From the sequence record LR756502.1: 64,000 bases of DNA. One strand, given 5' to 3'. Positions within the stretch are counted from its first letter, which is position 1. Each line of letters starts with the position of its first letter. A program made the translations under genes and the position numbers. Below are positions 55,073-61,345 of the stretch, piece after piece. Below the pieces are notes generated by a model. That model worked only from the letters and a program-made list of their open reading frames with translations. It ran no database searches and had not been told where the DNA came from.

Positions 55073-55504
55073 ATGAGCAATTTCTACAAAGTATCGGAAG
55101 ATACAGAAAGTACTTTCTTTGATGTCTTCAATAAGAAGTCATTTCCTGTTAGTGTTAAATTTCTATTCCAAGGAAGTGAAAAACAAAAAGAATTAATTAA
55201 ACTAAGTAAAATCCCAGATCAGTATGTCTTCGCTCTTGAAAAAGAATTGTTGATATCGTTTAATGAGGACCTACTACAAGTATTTGATGAAGAGTCTATA
55301 ACAATTCTAATTGAGCAAGAAATTGATAAAGTAAATATCAATATCGAAACTGGTAAAATTAAATTAATTAAGCCAGACTTGTCAACTTTCTCATCACTTA
55401 TTAATAAATATGGAGTAGAGAAAATAGCAAAGGCTAACAAAGTTGAGGAGTTATATCATCAACAAGTTAAAGATAAAAAAACTGATGAGGAATTCATCGT
55501 ATAA
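55073..55504 (+). CDS. Hypothetical protein
   Basis: 143-aa ORF. Confidence 0.75.
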   Translation: MSNFYKVSEDTESTFFDVFNKKSFPVSVKFLFQGSEKQKELIKLSKIPDQYVFALEKELLISFNEDLLQVFDEESITILIEQEIDKVNINIETGKIKLIKPDLSTFSSLINKYGVEKIAKANKVEELYHQQVKDKKTDEEFIV

Positions 55505-55523
55505 ATAAAAAATAAAAAGAGAT

Positions 55524-56201
55524 ATGAAAATTGAAACAAATGTAATAAAACCAGAAATTAAATTCCTTAATAAGGATGTTGAATATCTTTTGATAGATAA
55601 CTCAACTGAAAGTAACCTTGATTCAAAAATCAATAATATTGAGAACTATATGTCCTCAAATATTGGTAAAGGAAAAACTGAGGAAGAAAAAGACCTTTTA
55701 TATAAAGGGGCTCAAGAATTATGGAGTGAGTATGCAAATGCTCTAAAAGAATCTAAGTATAACTTCTACTTAAATAGACCACAACATAAATTTCTAACAT
55801 CATTGCTTTTAACAAAATTGGAATTTGATGTTAATACATTATTCTTCGCAATTGAGTTGACTGATATGTTGGTTAATATGAAAGATGTTAAATTCACAAA
55901 TGATGATGATATCATTCCTTTCTACGTAAATACTACAGAGATAACTTATATCTATCACTTGATATCAAAGCATAAAGTTAATGGATTGACTAGAGACGCT
56001 TATACTTTCGCTCAAGTTTTGAGAAAGATTGGTGATATTAGTAAAATATTCAATTACTATGATGCTGCTGGTAAAAGCTTATCAACTGAGGTTCAAGATT
56101 GGGTAGCTTCATTTGAAGATGGTGTTGTTAGAGAAACCGAGACAGTTGAATCAGAGGAAGTAGTTGATGCTAAAGTATCAAAACCTTCTAAAAAGAAATA
56201 A
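55524..56201 (+). CDS. Hypothetical helical protein
   Basis: 225-aa ORF. Confidence 0.75.
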   Translation: MKIETNVIKPEIKFLNKDVEYLLIDNSTESNLDSKINNIENYMSSNIGKGKTEEEKDLLYKGAQELWSEYANALKESKYNFYLNRPQHKFLTSLLLTKLEFDVNTLFFAIELTDMLVNMKDVKFTNDDDIIPFYVNTTEITYIYHLISKHKVNGLTRDAYTFAQVLRKIGDISKIFNYYDAAGKSLSTEVQDWVASFEDGVVRETETVESEEVVDAKVSKPSKKK

Positions 56202-56219
56202 CATAATATAATAATTAAT

Positions 56220-56249
56220 AAAAAACCCACTCATTGAGTGGGTTTTTTT
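56220..56249. terminator. Bidirectional intrinsic terminator
   Basis: aaaaaacccactca-t-tgagtgggtttttt between convergent genes. Confidence 0.85.
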
Positions 56250-56250
56250 A

Positions 56251-56868
56251 TTAGTATCCTGATATAAGTGGAGGCTCGATAGTAAAGTTATTATCGATAT
56301 ACTCATCAATCCAGTAGTCAGCAACAAAATCTGCTTTAGCAGTCCAGATGTCACCAGAACCTTCCCATTTCAATGAGATTCCACCAACACTCTTAATTTG
56401 TGTATTTTGGAAAGTTACCCTTCTTAAAACCACACCTTTTTTATCATGTTGATTAACAATAATTGTTCCGATAATATCACTCTTGTAGTGAAGAGAACCG
56501 TTTTGAGAGTTCCAAACAAGATCATACCAAGCTTTCAAAGCATTCCAAGATTCCATTGACCCTTGCTCATTAACATTTACTGTGAAGTCAATGCTAAATT
56601 CAACGTGGGTTTTTTCAGGAGTTCCTAGGAAAGCTCTAGTTGAATACTTGAATCTTTGTTCTTTGATAGCGATTGCTTCTGTTAAGTTAAGGTCGATATT
56701 AGTCGCACTTTGTAACATTAAAAGAGGATCTCTACCTTGTGCCTGTAAAATAACAGGTAGTACAAAGGTAACCTCAAAGAGGTTTAAATAAACCGGTTCT
56801 TGCGGCTTAGTTCCTGGGCCACCGGGACTACCAGTTACTAATAATTGGGTAAAGTGAGGTAAGGGCAT
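56251..56868 (-). CDS. gp19: T4 gp19-like tail tube protein
   Basis: NLFEVTF...QRFKY..R.F......F...F......WN.LKAW.DL.....G....YK......I.V.Q.DK.G..LR...F...W........L.W......FV.DYW tube pattern. Confidence 0.8.
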   Translation of the reverse strand: MPLPHFTQLLVTGSPGGPGTKPQEPVYLNLFEVTFVLPVILQAQGRDPLLMLQSATNIDLNLTEAIAIKEQRFKYSTRAFLGTPEKTHVEFSIDFTVNVNEQGSMESWNALKAWYDLVWNSQNGSLHYKSDIIGTIIVNQHDKKGVVLRRVTFQNTQIKSVGGISLKWEGSGDIWTAKADFVADYWIDEYIDNNFTIEPPLISGY

Positions 56869-56894
56869 AGACTTTTTTATTATTTTTTATAATT

Positions 56895-56903
56895 TATATA
56901 TTA
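56895..56903 (-). promoter_or_regulatory. Putative late promoter TAATATATA
   Basis: Exact motif upstream of tail tube ATG 56868. Confidence 0.7.
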
Positions 56904-56988
56904 TTTACACAACAACATCTATCTCTTCTTTGATAAAATATGTTGTAAAAGTTGCCGTTTCCACTTTCCACTTGTTATATATAACTAT

Positions 56989-57645
56989 ATGGTATGTCAG
57001 TATAGATATTGTAATAAGAGTATTAATTATGGTCGAACAGATAGAAAGTATTGTAATAAAAACTGCAAGATGAAGGAGGTAAGTATTATCAAGCAATTGA
57101 AGATGTTAGATAGAAAGTCTAAAAAGACAAGGGAGTTTATATTAAAATCACAGTCTGTGCATGGTGATAAATATATCTATGATTTGGTTGTTTATGATAA
57201 TTGTAGAACCAAGGTTAAGATAGTTTGTCCAACTCATGGTATATTTGGACAATCACCAGATGCTCATCTATATAAGTCAAGTGGGTGTGAGCAATGTTCC
57301 AGAGATGCTCATAGACTAACCGAGATACCACCTGATAGATTGAAAAATATTATGACTATTCATAATAACAAGTATTCATATGTTGACCTATCGGTTAATA
57401 GTGGTAAAATAAAGGTAACTTGTCCAACTCATGGTGAGTTTTCACAAAGTATATATCATCACGAAAATGGTCATGGTTGTTATGATTGTGAGAAGGAGTC
57501 AAGAATTAAAACTAGAACTAAAGTTTGTAAGTCTTGTAACATCGATAAGCCTAAATCTGATTTTCTTCCAAAATATAGAATATGTAAAGAGTGTTGTGAT
57601 AAACTCCTCATTTACTTTATCTATTTCAGAAAACTTTCTCATTAA
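56989..57645 (+). CDS. Homing-endonuclease-derived zinc-finger protein, apparently lacking the nuclease domain
   Basis: Two (H/N)..KY.Y..V......KV.I.CPTHG.F.Q....H...G.C..C repeats plus CKSC..K...F...CKEC, then a stop. Confidence 0.65.
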   Translation: MVCQYRYCNKSINYGRTDRKYCNKNCKMKEVSIIKQLKMLDRKSKKTREFILKSQSVHGDKYIYDLVVYDNCRTKVKIVCPTHGIFGQSPDAHLYKSSGCEQCSRDAHRLTEIPPDRLKNIMTIHNNKYSYVDLSVNSGKIKVTCPTHGEFSQSIYHHENGHGCYDCEKESRIKTRTKVCKSCNIDKPKSDFLPKYRICKECCDKLLIYFIYFRKLSH

Positions 57646-57674
57646 TAGACATATAAAAAATAAAACCATACGTA

Positions 57675-58793
57675 ATGAAAGCGTTCATCACAACAGATTG
57701 GCATTTTGGAGTTTATTTAAATAACTTGGATAAATGGTTAAATACAATGGAGGATTATTTCTATAACGATTTTATACCATATATAAAAGAGAATGTTAAG
57801 GAAGGTGATATACTTATTCATTGTGGTGACCTTTATGATAACAGAACCTCAATTCCAATTATCGCCTCATATAAAGCCGAAAAAATACTTCTTGAATTAT
57901 CAAAAATTCTACCATTACATATAATAGTTGGTAATCATGACCTATGGAATAAAGGATCTAATGATGTGAACTCTGTTAGGTTATTTAACTATGTTGATAA
58001 TGTTAATGTATATACTGAGACAAATAGTATAGTAATTGATGGTAAAAAACTCGTTCTAATGCCTTGGGTGGAGAAACGAGTTGATATGATCAGTGAGATT
58101 AAGAATAACCCAGGAGACTATTTATTCTGTCACTCCGACCTAAATGGATGTAGAATGCATCTTAGCTCAGTCGCTCATAGAAATGCTGATAAAATTGATG
58201 TGGATGAGTTTGGTGGATATAAGCATGTTTTTTCTGGACACATACACATAACACAGACAAATAATAACTTCTCATTTATTGGTAGTCCATATCAAATGGA
58301 TAGAAATGATATGGGTGATCAAAAAGGAATAACTATATTAGACCTTACTACTGGTAAAATAGACTTTTCACCAAATAAATACTCACCCGTATTTAGAAAA
58401 GTCTCAGTTTTGAAGGAGGAGGACGTTGATGGTCTTGATGAATTGACCGGTAGTAAAGATTATATTGACTTATCAATATCAAATAGTCTTTTAATAAGTA
58501 ATCGAAAACTTAGAAGAAAGTTAGAGACGCTTTTGGAGAAGGGTGGATTTTCATCAGTTGAATATATTGATGATATTGTTAAGAGTCAAGAGGAAATGGA
58601 TATTATCAAAGAATCAATTTCTGATGGTGATGATGATATAACTCCATCGGTTGATCTAGAATATGCTGATTATATAAGAGAGTATATTTTGAAGCAAAAT
58701 TATGATAATGAGGATTTTAAGTCTGGTATTTTGAGTGAATTTGATGATGTTGTTAAGATATATAATGAAAACTATAAGTCACTAAAGGATTAG
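57675..58793 (+). CDS. gp47: Recombination endonuclease subunit (T4 gp47 / SbcD / Mre11)
   Basis: TDWHFG, CGDLYDNR, VGNHD, CHSD and SGHIH metallophosphoesterase motifs; GSPYQMDRND. Confidence 0.92.
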   Translation: MKAFITTDWHFGVYLNNLDKWLNTMEDYFYNDFIPYIKENVKEGDILIHCGDLYDNRTSIPIIASYKAEKILLELSKILPLHIIVGNHDLWNKGSNDVNSVRLFNYVDNVNVYTETNSIVIDGKKLVLMPWVEKRVDMISEIKNNPGDYLFCHSDLNGCRMHLSSVAHRNADKIDVDEFGGYKHVFSGHIHITQTNNNFSFIGSPYQMDRNDMGDQKGITILDLTTGKIDFSPNKYSPVFRKVSVLKEEDVDGLDELTGSKDYIDLSISNSLLISNRKLRRKLETLLEKGGFSSVEYIDDIVKSQEEMDIIKESISDGDDDITPSVDLEYADYIREYILKQNYDNEDFKSGILSEFDDVVKIYNENYKSLKD

Positions 58794-59222
58794 TTCTCCA
58801 ATTTTAGAAATTGTAATAACAAACATATAGTTATATATTTGAGTGTGTACTCTATACCCTTCAGATTCAATGTGTTTAGATGAGTCTACTATTTCGGATA
58901 GTGTATTTTGTAATTTAATAATATCTTTGGTTGATATTGAATGAGAATCATGTCCATATTCCTCGTAGAATGGTACACTATCTTCATATGGTAATTCACC
59001 TGTGATCATAATAACTTTAATATCTTCTGTTTCTTCTGGGTGTTTATCTTCTGTTTCTTCTGGCTCAGCAGAGACATGATATTCTGTTGTTCCTGATAAC
59101 CATTGGTGTGATATTTCAATATTGTTTAGATGATCATCCAGATTTGCAAATACCTCCTTAACCTCTTGTATAGAGATAAAGTTATCACTTTTCATATTTT
59201 CGTTAAATCTTCTAATTCTCAT
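58782..59222 (-). CDS. Hypothetical acidic protein with CTS-like N-terminus
   Basis: ATG 59222: MRIRRFNE. Confidence 0.75.
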   Translation of the reverse strand: MRIRRFNENMKSDNFISIQEVKEVFANLDDHLNNIEISHQWLSGTTEYHVSAEPEETEDKHPEETEDIKVIMITGELPYEDSVPFYEEYGHDSHSISTKDIIKLQNTLSEIVDSSKHIESEGYRVHTQIYNYMFVITISKIGELIL

Positions 59223-59223
59223 A

Positions 59224-59553
59224 TTACTTCTTGGTCTTAGTCTTTTCTGATGGATCAAATCCAAAGTCATTAAATTTCTTAACGTGTGGTTCTACTAATT
59301 TTTTTACATCCTTAGAGTCAATATGATCATCCTCGTCCGTTAGGTATGTATATCCGGTACCCTCTGGTGATATTAGATCCTCTGGATTTAGACCCACTTT
59401 TTGAATATTTTTTGAAGGATCTGATGTCATATAATCAGGACTAGTTGTATAGAACTTTGGTAATCCAACACTACCAACTGATGCTACATTATCTTTTATG
59501 GTGTATCTTCCTTTACCCTCATTAAGTTCACTGAATCTTTTAAGATGTTTCAT
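59224..59553 (-). CDS. Hypothetical protein with CTS-like N-terminus
   Basis: MKHLKRFSELNEG. Confidence 0.75.
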   Translation of the reverse strand: MKHLKRFSELNEGKGRYTIKDNVASVGSVGLPKFYTTSPDYMTSDPSKNIQKVGLNPEDLISPEGTGYTYLTDEDDHIDSKDVKKLVEPHVKKFNDFGFDPSEKTKTKK

Positions 59554-59588
59554 ATTTTTATTATTTTTTAGTTTTTACTAGATATTTT

Positions 59589-60908
59589 TTAATTAATAAT
59601 TTCCAGACAAATTCTTCTTTGTCTCCAATTTTCATCATTTCCAGCTCTTAGGTTAATTGCATGGATAAGAGTTCTGATATTTAGGTCAAATTTAACAGGG
59701 AAATTATCCGTAACGAATGTTAAATACTCAAGAGCCTCTTCTTTAAGTTCCATACTCACATCCGGCATCATTTTACTCATAATCTCCTTCATTCTTCCTA
59801 TTATTTCCATCTTGTTAAGATGTACATCAACATGTAGAGATCTTGATATTAAAGCATCATCAAATTTTTCCTCTGGTAAATTTGATATGAAGATAACCTG
59901 TCCTCTAAATTCAAATCTATTTGGTAAAATTTTCTCACCAGTAGCTTCCCACTTTGCTTGTATTTCCTTATCCAACATCCCAGTTGAATCAAATGTATTT
60001 CCTTTAGTGTGTTTAGCTAATTCCCTTACATCATAAGTGTCTAAAGCCCCTTTAAGCATATTTATTGAGTCTGGGTCCTTAAATACCGCATCACAATCAT
60101 CAAATATAACAAGCTTATTTCTATTTTTAAATAGAATTTCATACAGAGCAGCTGTTGTTACCGTTCCAGTTGACTTATAATAATGTATATCTGGTATCAT
60201 TCCTATTGACTTTAGTGTATCTGTTACTGTTGCTGTTTTGCCAACTCCTGCCATTCCAGTTATTACTAATGCATTACTTTTACCTCTCGCCACTTGTATT
60301 GTATATAATTCAATGGCCTTAAAAACATCTATTTTAAGGTCATCTTGTGTCATACTATCACTATCCTTTTCCACGGTTTCTTCGTGAGCTATTGAAGCTC
60401 TTAGTCTCTCTATTCTCTGTGATATTTTTTCTTTCGATTCTGTGCTTCTAGCTCTTTTAAGTCTCTTTTCTTGATCTTTTATCTCTTCTAAAGGATCATA
60501 TCTCTCAACCATTACACCTTCTTCTTCACCAACTGTAACGTAAGAAATAGGATTTTTGAAAAAATCAACAATTTGTTGTATAAATTTTATAACAGATAAT
60601 CCTTCTAGGTGTAGTGTGTAGTCTGGCTTTGTATCAAATGAGAATGAGTTCCAAGTATCAATAGATTCTATCTCACTTCTTATATCATCTTTAATCCAAT
60701 TTATTCTAACCGCCCTACTAGATTTAAGTGATAGAAACAATTGACCTGTTAGAAATAAATCACCTTTTTGAATATGGAATAATTCATCATATGGATATAA
60801 ATCTATTCCTGTTTTGCTTGTTAAATTTGAAATTATAAGATCGATAGCCTTTTCTTTATCTCTATTTAGGAAAGCTTCGTAGAAAGCCTGATATTTTTTT
60901 ATTTTCAT
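59589..60908 (-). CDS. AAA+ ATPase with CTS-like N-terminus
   Basis: ITGMAGVGKT Walker A, LVIFDDCD Walker B, IFISN sensor and ALISRS; begins MKIKKYQAFYE. Confidence 0.85.
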   Translation of the reverse strand: MKIKKYQAFYEAFLNRDKEKAIDLIISNLTSKTGIDLYPYDELFHIQKGDLFLTGQLFLSLKSSRAVRINWIKDDIRSEIESIDTWNSFSFDTKPDYTLHLEGLSVIKFIQQIVDFFKNPISYVTVGEEEGVMVERYDPLEEIKDQEKRLKRARSTESKEKISQRIERLRASIAHEETVEKDSDSMTQDDLKIDVFKAIELYTIQVARGKSNALVITGMAGVGKTATVTDTLKSIGMIPDIHYYKSTGTVTTAALYEILFKNRNKLVIFDDCDAVFKDPDSINMLKGALDTYDVRELAKHTKGNTFDSTGMLDKEIQAKWEATGEKILPNRFEFRGQVIFISNLPEEKFDDALISRSLHVDVHLNKMEIIGRMKEIMSKMMPDVSMELKEEALEYLTFVTDNFPVKFDLNIRTLIHAINLRAGNDENWRQRRICLEIIN

Positions 60909-61276
60909 AAATTTTTAATTTTTTTAAGAATTTTCTCACATTTTTCATACTTTTCCAACCTCTCATATTCCTTTAGCATCTCCTGTAGTTGAGGTTTATC
61001 ACATAGTTTAAGCTTTATTTCAAATCTAACCTCTTTTAACTGAGACATATTATCAACTTCACTATCTATTAATTTATTAACAACTTCCCTATCAAATGTG
61101 GTCATTGCACAGAAATCGTTCCAGTCTTTAACATCATTTGATCTAAGAAATTCAAGAATATTAAAAACACACTTATCAATCTTATTGCTTTTATTCATAG
61201 ACTCTTTCTTTGACTTTGATCCTAATGAAAATATACTTTCTGTTATAAATTCTTTATATTTTCTAATTCTACTCAT
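60905..61276 (-). CDS. Hypothetical protein with CTS-like N-terminus and UVR-like C-terminus
   Basis: MSRIRKYKEFITES...EYERLEKYEKCEKIL. Confidence 0.75.
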   Translation of the reverse strand: MSRIRKYKEFITESIFSLGSKSKKESMNKSNKIDKCVFNILEFLRSNDVKDWNDFCAMTTFDREVVNKLIDSEVDNMSQLKEVRFEIKLKLCDKPQLQEMLKEYERLEKYEKCEKILKKIKNL

Positions 61277-61280
61277 ACTC

Positions 61281-61289
61281 TATATATTA
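61281..61289 (-). promoter_or_regulatory. Putative late promoter TAATATATA
   Basis: Exact motif 4 nt upstream of ATG 61276. Confidence 0.65.
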
Positions 61290-61315
61290 TTTTTAGTTAG
61301 TAAAGAATTATAAAT

Positions 61316-61324
61316 TAATATATA
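61316..61324 (+). promoter_or_regulatory. Putative late promoter TAATATATA
   Basis: Exact motif upstream of ATG 61346. Confidence 0.65.
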
Positions 61325-61345
61325 AGTAAAACATATACATAATAG

